The translations under genes and the position numbers were made by a program. A DNA stretch of 53,400 nt from Bryobacteraceae bacterium (lineage in GTDB: Bacteria; Acidobacteriota; Terriglobia; Bryobacterales; Bryobacteraceae), in assembly GCA_035316385.1 (NCBI GenBank), contig DATHIZ010000451.1, positions 1-53,400 on the forward strand, given 5' to 3'. The notes under the pieces are model-generated. The model was given only the letters and a program-made list of their open reading frames with translations, made no database searches and was not told the origin of the DNA. Shown one piece after another: positions 1 through 8,023 of this stretch (positions are counted from its first letter, which is position 1; each line of letters opens with the position of its first letter).

Positions 1-310
1 GGTGCAGGACGTTGCAGTGGCGCACACCGTTGTCGCGGGATCAAATATGGCAGCGACACCATTGAAGTTGCCCTGCTTCATTGCGTCGGTTGGGGACGGA
101 GCTCACGAAGGTGTCGTTCACTATCTGGCGAGTCTCTTCGATGTCGCCGAAGTAGAAGACCTCATGTAGCTGTCGGTCGCATTCACGGAAATAGTCACGT
201 TCGAGCGGCGGTCATCGGGACGCGTGCCGCTAGTAATTGCCGTGGGAGCCCGCGGTTGCATCGTGGGGCTAACGCTTCCGGCTCCGATTCGGTATTCCGA
301 TATTCGGCTA

Positions 311-324
311 GAATATATATATTC
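311..324. promoter_or_regulatory. Perfect 14-bp AT-rich palindrome GAATATATATATTC, 17 nt upstream of the lrp start
   Basis: Read directly at 311-324. It is self-complementary and lies in the only AT-rich patch of the lrp upstream region. It is a candidate Lrp auto-operator and/or -10 region. The function is inferred, not shown. Confidence 0.35.
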
Positions 325-340
325 AGACGAATCATCTGCC

Positions 341-841
341 ATGAGCACACATATCGAACGAATCGACGACATTGACGGCCAGTTACTGCATTTTCTACAA
401 GAAGATGCACGCATGACAAATGCGGCACTGGCGCGGGAGCTTGGAATGGCTCCATCGGCTATTTTGGAACGGGTCCGGAAGCTGGAGGAGCGCGGCCTGA
501 TTTGCGGCTATGAAGCTCGGCTCAATGCTGCCGCGCTGGGTTGGGGACTGGTTGCTTTCGTTTTTGTGCGGACTAATGAGATGTTGGGGCCGCACAAAAC
601 CGCCGACCAACTGGCGGCGATTCCGGAGGTGCAAGAAGTCCATAACGTGGCCGGTGAAGACTGCTACTTGGTAAAATTGCGGGTTCCCGATACGGCGGCG
701 CTGGCGGCGCTGCTCAGGAATGAATTCGGACGTATTGGGACCATACACTCGACTCGCACCACCATCGTTCTCGAAACAATGAAGGAGCGGGCTACTGTTC
801 CGATTGGAAACAGGTCTGGAGGGGCAGCAAATGACCAATGA
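341..841 (+). CDS. Lrp/AsnC family transcriptional regulator
   Basis: ORF 224..841 trimmed to the ATG at 341. MSTHIERIDDIDGQLLHFLQEDARMTNAALARELGMAPSAILERVRKLEERGLI is a typical AsnC-type HTH. The C-terminal half (LVAFVFVRT...VHNVAGEDCYLVKLRV) looks like the ligand-binding RAM domain. The 39 upstream codons of the ORF are not family-like. Confidence 0.88.
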   Translation: MSTHIERIDDIDGQLLHFLQEDARMTNAALARELGMAPSAILERVRKLEERGLICGYEARLNAAALGWGLVAFVFVRTNEMLGPHKTADQLAAIPEVQEVHNVAGEDCYLVKLRVPDTAALAALLRNEFGRIGTIHSTRTTIVLETMKERATVPIGNRSGGAANDQ

Positions 842-1826
842 GACGCCCGCAGCCACGCGCTGGCAACTGCTGCTGGCGTTTGGCACTGTTTACCTGGTGT
901 GGGGCTCAACCTACCTGGGCATCCGCTACGCTGTCACCACCATTCCGCCGTTGTTGATGGCGGGGAGCAGGTTCCTTGTTGCCGGCGCCATTCTGTATGG
1001 AATCAGTCTGCGGCGCACTGGCATCCGGCCGAAACTGATTCATTGGCGAACGGCTCTGATCATTGGTTTTCTCCTTCTGCTGTGCGGCAACGGCGGCGTC
1101 ACGACTGCCGAGCAAGTGCTTTCTTCGGGAATGGCGGCGCTGCTGGTGGCGAGCGAGCCTTTGTGGATCGTGATTCTGAACTGGCTGCGGCCCGGCGGCC
1201 GCGCTCCCTCGGCGCGCGAGATGGCCGGTGTCCTGTTGGGCTTCGGCGGGGTCGCCTTGTTGCTGGCGCCGCAATTTAGCGCACACGGAGGAGGACTTGC
1301 GGGAAGGGCGCCTCTCTGGGCATCCCTCCTGATCATCGGGGGCGCTTTGGCGTGGGCGGCGGGCTCGCTGTACGGAATCGACGCGCCAGTCGTGCAGGAT
1401 CAGCCGATGGCGAACGGGATGACGATGCTGGTAGGCGGCGCGCTACAGTTATCGGCCGGACTGGGTATGGGCGAGGCCGCGCAACTGGACTTTCACCGGA
1501 TCTCCATGACTTCCCTGCTGGCCTGGGCGTATCTAGTGCTGTTCGGATCGCTCCTCGCATTCTCCGCGTATACGTTCTTAATGCGGAATGCAACGCCCGC
1601 GAAAGCTTCGACTTACGCTTTTGTCAATCCAACGGTCGCCGTCCTGCTGGGCTGGGGCGTGGCCGGCGAGCAGTTGGACGGGCGCTCGGCGATCGCTATC
1701 GTGATTATTGTCGGCGCGGTGATGCTACTGACTTTGGAGCGGTCGCGGAGTCTTCAGGAGACGGAAGCGGACCGCAGTGCAGAAAAATTCCCGCAGCGCG
1801 AACAAGAAGAAATAGGACAAGAGTAG
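831..1826 (+). CDS. EamA/DMT-family transporter (10-TM permease)
   Basis: Strongly hydrophobic multi-TM profile. The N-terminus (WQLLLAFGTVYLVWGSTYLGIRY) and a second repeat are typical of EamA domains. The ATG at 831 overlaps the lrp stop (839-841). An alternative start at 804 is possible. Confidence 0.82.
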   Translation: MTNETPAATRWQLLLAFGTVYLVWGSTYLGIRYAVTTIPPLLMAGSRFLVAGAILYGISLRRTGIRPKLIHWRTALIIGFLLLLCGNGGVTTAEQVLSSGMAALLVASEPLWIVILNWLRPGGRAPSAREMAGVLLGFGGVALLLAPQFSAHGGGLAGRAPLWASLLIIGGALAWAAGSLYGIDAPVVQDQPMANGMTMLVGGALQLSAGLGMGEAAQLDFHRISMTSLLAWAYLVLFGSLLAFSAYTFLMRNATPAKASTYAFVNPTVAVLLGWGVAGEQLDGRSAIAIVIIVGAVMLLTLERSRSLQETEADRSAEKFPQREQEEIGQE

Positions 1827-1989
1827 TTCTACGGCGCAAACACTGCCCTCAAGTTGGGGGAATAGTGGATTTTTTTACTTTAGGCGGTCCCTTTGGCTTA
1901 CACTGAATGATTTCTGGCCTTGTGCGCCTACCCCGCCCGGTTGCGGCGCTATCTTAGAACGATTTTCAAGAGTAAGGACAGATATCTTC

Positions 1990-4900
1990 ATGCATAAATC
2001 AGTGCGCTTCGCGCCGAAATCGCTGTTAGTAATCACGAGCGCGCTCTTTCTTGGCGGCGTTCTGCACGCGCAAGAAATGAACCCGTTGAAAACGCTGAAA
2101 TGGCGCCATGTGGGACCGTTCCGCGGAGGGCGAGCAACAACGGTGGCCGGCGTAGATTCGCAGCCGAATGTCTATTATTTCGGCGCCACTGGCGGCGGTA
2201 TCTGGAAGACTACCAATGGAGGCGTGGACTGGCAGCCGGTTTCCGATAGGCAGGGGTTTGGCACCGGTTCCGTGGGCGCTATCGATGTGTCGGCTTCCGA
2301 TCCAAATACTGTCTATGCGGGCATGGGCGAAGAGCCGATTCGCGGCAATGTGTCGCATGGCGACGGCATGTACAAGTCGATGGACGGCGGCAAAACGTGG
2401 AAGCATATCGGACTTGAGAACACGCGCCAGATCAGCCGCATTCGTATTCATCCTAAGAATCCGGACATCGTCTACGTAGCGGCGCTCGGACATGTTTGGG
2501 CGCCCAACGAGGAACGCGGTATTTTCCGTTCGAAGGACGGCGGCAAGACCTGGGAGCGGATCTTTTCGCGCGGCCCGAAAGCCGGCGCGAGCGACCTGAT
2601 TATGGACCCCTCCAATCCGAACGTGCTGTATGCCGGGTTTTGGGAAGTGTACCGGAAGCCATGGACGCTCGAGAGCGGCGGACCGGGAAGCGGGCTCTTC
2701 AAATCCACCGACGCGGGCGATACCTGGAAAGAGTTGACGCGCAATCCAGGATTGCCCAAAGGAGTCATCGGAAGTGTCGGCGTGACGGTATCGCCAGCGA
2801 ATCCCGAACGGATCTGGGCGCAAATTGAAGCCGTGGACGGGGGCATCTTCCGGTCCGAGGATGGAGGAGCGACGTGGCACAAAACGAATGAAGACCGCAA
2901 ACTTCGCCAGCGCGCCTGGTATTACAACCGGATCTTCGCCGATTCAAAAAACCCCGACCGGATCTATGGGGTGAACGTCGGATTCTTCCGTTCCGATGAT
3001 GGCGGTAAGACGTTTAATACGGTCCAAATACCGCATGGCGATAACCATGATTTGTGGATTGCCCCTAGCGATCCGAATCGCATGATCGAATGCAACGATG
3101 GCGGAACGGTTGTGACGACGGACGGCGGCAAGACTTGGAGCACGCAGGAAAATCAGCCCACCGCGCAGTTTTACCGCGTCGCGCTGGACAACGATTTCCC
3201 TTACAACCTGTATGGCGCGCAGCAGGATAATACGACGGTGCGGATTGCGAGCCGTACAACTTCCGCGGGCATCGGCACGCGCGATTGGTTTCCAGTGGGC
3301 GGCGGTGAAAGCGGTTGGATTGCGCCCTACCTGAAAAACACAAACATCGTTTTTGCGGGATCCTACGATGGGTTGATCACTCGCCATGACCATACGAACG
3401 GTCAAACTCGGAATGTAACGGTCTGGCCCGATAACCCGATGGGTTCCGGCGCTGAGGCGATGAAGTATCGCTTTCAATGGAATTTTCCGCTGCTGTTCTC
3501 GGCGCATGATCCGGACCTTTTATATGCGGGCGGAAACGTTCTTTTTGCGTCGAGAGATCAAGGCCAGACCTGGAAGGCAATCAGCCCGGACCTTACCCGC
3601 AATGACAAGAGTAAGTTGGGTTCCTCCGGTGGTCCTATCACCAAAGACAATACGAGCGTCGAGTACTACTGCACGATCTTCACCGTCAGCGAATCGCCCG
3701 TGCAGAAGGATTTACTCTGGGTTGGGTCCGATGACGGATTAGTGCATGTAACACGGGATGGCGGACAGCATTGGGACGATGTTACTCCAAAGAATATGCC
3801 GGAGTGGATCCAGATCAATTCGATTGAGGCGTCACCATTTGATCCCGGAACGGCTTACGTTGCCGCCACCATGTATAAGTTTGACGATAACCGGCCCTAT
3901 CTTTATAAGACGACGGATTTCGGCAAAACCTGGCAACAGATCAATAACGGCATACCGGCAACCGCTTTTACTCGCGTTATTCGCGAAGATCCGAATAAGA
4001 AGGGCCTTCTGTATGCCGGCACCGAAACGGGTATTTACATATCGTTTGACGACGGGGCGAAGTGGCAATCGCTGCAATTGAACCTGCCGGTTGTTCCCAT
4101 TGCCGATCTCGCCATTCACAAGCGGGAGAAGGAATTGGTTGCCGCGACACAAGGCCGGGCGTTCTGGGTACTGGATGAATTGCCGCTAGTGGCGCAGGCC
4201 ACCAGTCAGATCGCCGGCGAAGAGGTCCATTTGTTTGCGCCTAAGCACGCATACCGCATGGCGTCGGAGCGCGGGTTGAGCGATGTGAAGTATGAAGGAT
4301 CGAATCCGCCCAATGGGGCGGTGATTTATTACTGGCTCAAGAGCGCGCCCAAGGGCGACGTCACGCTGGAGTTCCTGGACGCGGAGGGCAAATCCATCAA
4401 GAAGTTTTCGAGCAAAGCACCGGCGCATGCAGAGGAAGATTCCGCGGCTTCCGCTGAGGAAGATGACCGGCCCAGCGCCCCGTCGACGGCGCCCGCCAAT
4501 GAAGGCTTGAACCGGTTTGTCTGGGATCTCCGCTATCCGGACGCAACCAAGTTTCCCGGGATGATTCTCTGGGCTGGCGGCGTCCGAGGCCCGGTGGCCG
4601 TGCCTGGGGAATATCAGGTAAAGCTGACGGTGGACGGTAAGTCGCAAACGCAGAAATTTGAAGTGCGCAAGGATCCTCGCGTAGAAACAACTCATGAACA
4701 ATTCATGGCTCAGTTAGAGCTTGAGTTGCAGATGCGGGATAAGTTGACCCAAGCGCACAACGCGATTCTGAGAATTCGGGACGTGCGGAAACAGGTGGAC
4801 GAATTGGTGCAGCGATTGCAGACCGCAGGCGAGAGCGCCAAGTCAAAACTGGTTGTGGACCGGGCGAAGGAACTATCCGGTGAACTTACATCGGTTGAGG

Positions 4901-5178
4901 AGACCTTGTATCAGACAAAGAACAAAGCGAGCGAAGATCCGTTAAACTTCCCAATACGGTTGAATAATAAATTGGCATCCGTGCTGGCCGCGGTAGCTTC
5001 CGCGGATAGCCAGCCGACCGCATCGCAGCAGACAGTTTACGAAGATCTATCGACCGGCATCAATGCTCAGGTCAGGAAGTTGAATCAGCTAATGGACAAT
5101 TCCTTGCCGGCATTCAACAAGCTGGTAAAGGAGCAGGACATTCCGGCCGTTACCGTGAAAACGGGGGGATCGCTTTGA
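1990..5178 (+). CDS. Secreted sortilin/VPS10-like BNR (Asp-box) repeat double beta-propeller protein
   Basis: Signal peptide (MHKSVRFAPKSLLVITSALFLGGVLHAQE). More than 10 Asp-box motifs of the form SxDxGxTW (SMDGGKTWK, SKDGGKTWE, STDAGDTWK, SEDGGATWH, TTDGGKTWS, SRDQGQTWK, TRDGGQHWD, TTDFGKTWQ and others). The C-terminal ~250 aa are non-propeller with a coiled-coil-like tail. 1062 aa. Confidence 0.85.
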   Translation: MHKSVRFAPKSLLVITSALFLGGVLHAQEMNPLKTLKWRHVGPFRGGRATTVAGVDSQPNVYYFGATGGGIWKTTNGGVDWQPVSDRQGFGTGSVGAIDVSASDPNTVYAGMGEEPIRGNVSHGDGMYKSMDGGKTWKHIGLENTRQISRIRIHPKNPDIVYVAALGHVWAPNEERGIFRSKDGGKTWERIFSRGPKAGASDLIMDPSNPNVLYAGFWEVYRKPWTLESGGPGSGLFKSTDAGDTWKELTRNPGLPKGVIGSVGVTVSPANPERIWAQIEAVDGGIFRSEDGGATWHKTNEDRKLRQRAWYYNRIFADSKNPDRIYGVNVGFFRSDDGGKTFNTVQIPHGDNHDLWIAPSDPNRMIECNDGGTVVTTDGGKTWSTQENQPTAQFYRVALDNDFPYNLYGAQQDNTTVRIASRTTSAGIGTRDWFPVGGGESGWIAPYLKNTNIVFAGSYDGLITRHDHTNGQTRNVTVWPDNPMGSGAEAMKYRFQWNFPLLFSAHDPDLLYAGGNVLFASRDQGQTWKAISPDLTRNDKSKLGSSGGPITKDNTSVEYYCTIFTVSESPVQKDLLWVGSDDGLVHVTRDGGQHWDDVTPKNMPEWIQINSIEASPFDPGTAYVAATMYKFDDNRPYLYKTTDFGKTWQQINNGIPATAFTRVIREDPNKKGLLYAGTETGIYISFDDGAKWQSLQLNLPVVPIADLAIHKREKELVAATQGRAFWVLDELPLVAQATSQIAGEEVHLFAPKHAYRMASERGLSDVKYEGSNPPNGAVIYYWLKSAPKGDVTLEFLDAEGKSIKKFSSKAPAHAEEDSAASAEEDDRPSAPSTAPANEGLNRFVWDLRYPDATKFPGMILWAGGVRGPVAVPGEYQVKLTVDGKSQTQKFEVRKDPRVETTHEQFMAQLELELQMRDKLTQAHNAILRIRDVRKQVDELVQRLQTAGESAKSKLVVDRAKELSGELTSVEETLYQTKNKASEDPLNFPIRLNNKLASVLAAVASADSQPTASQQTVYEDLSTGINAQVRKLNQLMDNSLPAFNKLVKEQDIPAVTVKTGGSL

Positions 5179-7997
5179 TTGGTTTTCGTGCGGTTTCGCT
5201 GGCCGGCCTGGGATTACTGTGCTGTTCGTTTGTGGAATCGCAGACGCCTGATACCGGCGCAGTCCGTGGATATGTCAAGGATGCCAGCGGCGGAGTCATC
5301 CAGGGCGCGGCGATCGATCTTGACAATAAGGATACAGGGGCAAAGCGGCGTTTAATAACCGATCGCGAAGGTCGGTTTGACTTTCTGGCTCTTCCTCTGT
5401 CCGGGCGTTACGTTCTTCATTTCTCCAAGCCGGGATTCACCGCACGCGATAGCAGTGACTTTGAACTGCGCGCACAAGAGACGCCCAGCATTGAGACCGT
5501 GCTGGCCGTGGAAGGAAATAATTCTCGAACGACTGTATCGGCGGTGGCAACGGGCATCCGGTCAGACTCGCCCGAACTGTCCATGCAATTGAATGAGCAG
5601 AATATAGAGAACACTCCGCTTCTCGGCAGGAAACTCACCAGCTTGCCTCTGCTGAATTCCGCCGTGCGTCCCTCCATCAACGGAGGAGATTTGTTTCTGA
5701 ACAACACGCTCTTCGTGGTGGATGCCGGCGGGCGGCGGCAGACGTCCTATTTCATCGATGGCGGCGTGGCGGATGAAGCCTGGGGCCGCCAGACGATTTT
5801 CACGAATGTGCCGGCCGCAGCCGTGCAGGAACTCGACGTCGTAACAAATTCATTCTCGGCCGAGTATGGCCGCAACACCGGAAGCGCTTTGAATATCGTG
5901 ACCAAGGGCGGTAGCAACGATTTGCACGGCGACTTGCTGTTGCTTTGGCGCCCTCCAGGCATCGAGGCGCGCGCGCCGCTGGCCACAGCATCCAGTCCCG
6001 ATTCGCTCTGGCAAGGAAGCGCGGCGGTGAGCGGCCCCCTTGTGAAGAATAAGACGCAGTTTTCGCTCGCCACCGAAATCAATCGCCAGCAGCGCGATTC
6101 CGTTATTACGTCCGCGCTGTCACCCGGCCTTTATGGAGGAGAAGTGGATCAGGAACTCGCGATGCTGCGCGTCGATCACCAGATTAATGACCGTAATTCG
6201 CTCGCGTTCCGCGCCAATCTCGACAAACTGACCGATGGTAATCCAGCCAATGGAGTGGGCGGATTGAATCTACCCAGCACCGCGCGCATTTTCACCAGGA
6301 ACAGCTACTCCGGCCAACTGTCTGAAACCGCCACACTAACGCCGACCATCGTCAATCAGGTTCGAGTGGATTATTTGTTAGGCTCGCCGATCACCAACTT
6401 CACGCCTATCAATCCGGCGACGCAATACGCCCGGCCCGGACTGGGAACGACCGGCGATTCGCGCTACGGCAATCTGAATAATCATCAAACCGAGTTTTCC
6501 GATACGCTTTCTTGGGTCCACGGAATTCATACTGTCAAGATTGGCACCGATGATATTTACTCTTCCTCCGGCGGCGTAGGTCAGGAGTATGGAGGCGGCT
6601 ATGTTTTGGGACAATTTACGCTGAAGCCCGGCGATGCGACACCTATTCCGCAACTGACGCTCAATGATGTTCAGACTTACACGCAGAGCTTTGGCAATGC
6701 GTCGTACAACGTCAGGGAATGGCTGGCCAGCGGTTTTGCGAACGACGATATCCGGCTCCGACCTAACCTCACGCTAAGTTTAGGAATGCGTTATGACCGG
6801 CAGGGGATGACGGATGACGCCCTGGATTTTGCGCCGCGCGTTGGCTTTGCTTGGAATCCTGGAAAAGATTCGAAGACGGTTGTGCGCGGAGGTTATGGAA
6901 TTTACTACAGCCAGATTCCGGCCAACGTGGCGGCGGCGTGGAATATCAGCGGTCCGACGGGCATCTATACTTTCAGCGCGACTCCAGGCCAATATGGCTT
7001 CCCCACGAACTTGCAGCCGCTCACCTCGTTTCCGGCGGGTTCGATACTTCCGGCGCGCGACATCAACATTGCTCCCGGCCAGCGCCAATACTACAGCCAG
7101 TTCTTTAATGTTGATGCATTAAAAGGCTATCCGGATCACTTCTACAATCCGATCACTTGGATCGGGTCGGCCGGTATCGAGCGCCAGCTGTCTTCCAAGT
7201 GGATGATATCGGTTGACTACGTGCATCAGTTCACCAGCCGTATCAACCGGCCCTTGGATCTCAACTCTCCGGCGCCTGTGATTCGCACGGCTGCGGGGCA
7301 GACACGCACGGTCGCCGCCGCTAATGCGACTCGGCCTATTGTGCCTGTGCCGGGCGGCTACCGGCAGATTATGGCCATGGTGAATGACGGGATTGCAAAA
7401 TACGACGGGCTACAATTTGACTTGACTCATCGCTTCAACCGAGGATTCTTCCTTCGCGGCAGTTACACCTATTCGCACGCGATCAATACGGTGGAGCCGG
7501 ATATTCCAGCACAGACGCCCAATGACTCGAATTTACTGGGTAACAACGAAAAGGGAAGCAGCCTTTTCGACCAGCGGCATCGTGCAGTGATTAGCGGTTG
7601 GTGGCAGCTTCCGTTCCACTTCACGTTTGGTGGTCTTACTACGCTTGCCTCCGGCGGCAGTTACAATATCCTGACTGGCGTGGACAACAATGGCGATGGT
7701 TCGAATGCGGACCGGCCGGTTGTCAACGGCTCCTTACTGGGGCGTAACATCGGACATGCGGGGCCGGTTTACAGTACGGACCTATTTACCGAACGGGAGT
7801 TCCGTTTGAGCGAGCAGTTTATTTTCCGGTTGCGCGCCGAGGGCTATAACATATTCAACCGGTCGAATATTGTCGGTTACAACCCAACCTGGGGCAACGC
7901 CAATACGCCCTCCGCCAGTTTCGGGCAGCCGGTGGGTGGAATCAGCAACACCTTTCCGGGACGGGCGTTTCAATTCTCCGCGCGGCTATCGTTTTAG
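5175..7997 (+). CDS. TonB-dependent outer-membrane receptor with N-terminal carboxypeptidase-regulatory-like domain
   Basis: TTG start overlapping the upstream stop (TTGA at 5175-5178). Signal peptide, then a CarboxypepD_reg-like segment (GAVRGYVKDASGGVIQGAAIDLDNKDTGAKRRLITDREGRFDFLALPLSGRYVLHFSKPGF). A plug-like region and a long beta-barrel-like region with alternating residues follow. The C-terminus ends in an aromatic residue (FQFSARLSF). Confidence 0.85.
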   Translation: MIGFRAVSLAGLGLLCCSFVESQTPDTGAVRGYVKDASGGVIQGAAIDLDNKDTGAKRRLITDREGRFDFLALPLSGRYVLHFSKPGFTARDSSDFELRAQETPSIETVLAVEGNNSRTTVSAVATGIRSDSPELSMQLNEQNIENTPLLGRKLTSLPLLNSAVRPSINGGDLFLNNTLFVVDAGGRRQTSYFIDGGVADEAWGRQTIFTNVPAAAVQELDVVTNSFSAEYGRNTGSALNIVTKGGSNDLHGDLLLLWRPPGIEARAPLATASSPDSLWQGSAAVSGPLVKNKTQFSLATEINRQQRDSVITSALSPGLYGGEVDQELAMLRVDHQINDRNSLAFRANLDKLTDGNPANGVGGLNLPSTARIFTRNSYSGQLSETATLTPTIVNQVRVDYLLGSPITNFTPINPATQYARPGLGTTGDSRYGNLNNHQTEFSDTLSWVHGIHTVKIGTDDIYSSSGGVGQEYGGGYVLGQFTLKPGDATPIPQLTLNDVQTYTQSFGNASYNVREWLASGFANDDIRLRPNLTLSLGMRYDRQGMTDDALDFAPRVGFAWNPGKDSKTVVRGGYGIYYSQIPANVAAAWNISGPTGIYTFSATPGQYGFPTNLQPLTSFPAGSILPARDINIAPGQRQYYSQFFNVDALKGYPDHFYNPITWIGSAGIERQLSSKWMISVDYVHQFTSRINRPLDLNSPAPVIRTAAGQTRTVAAANATRPIVPVPGGYRQIMAMVNDGIAKYDGLQFDLTHRFNRGFFLRGSYTYSHAINTVEPDIPAQTPNDSNLLGNNEKGSSLFDQRHRAVISGWWQLPFHFTFGGLTTLASGGSYNILTGVDNNGDGSNADRPVVNGSLLGRNIGHAGPVYSTDLFTEREFRLSEQFIFRLRAEGYNIFNRSNIVGYNPTWGNANTPSASFGQPVGGISNTFPGRAFQFSARLSF

Positions 7998-8023
7998 CGG
8001 CGCCGGAAGATGAAGTTATCGCT

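Noticed and set aside
1-213. Possible coding sequence at the left edge. A minus-strand ATG at 81 gives MKQGNFNGVAAIFDPATTV... running off the window. Another minus frame gives ERDYFRECDRQLHEVFYFGDIEETRQIVNDTF without a start codon. A plus frame ends ...HYLASLFDVAEVEDLM* at about 166.
   Set aside because: Three mutually exclusive short frames all look vaguely protein-like. None has a recognisable family, and one lacks any start codon. Too little sequence remains before the edge to decide, so no feature is called.
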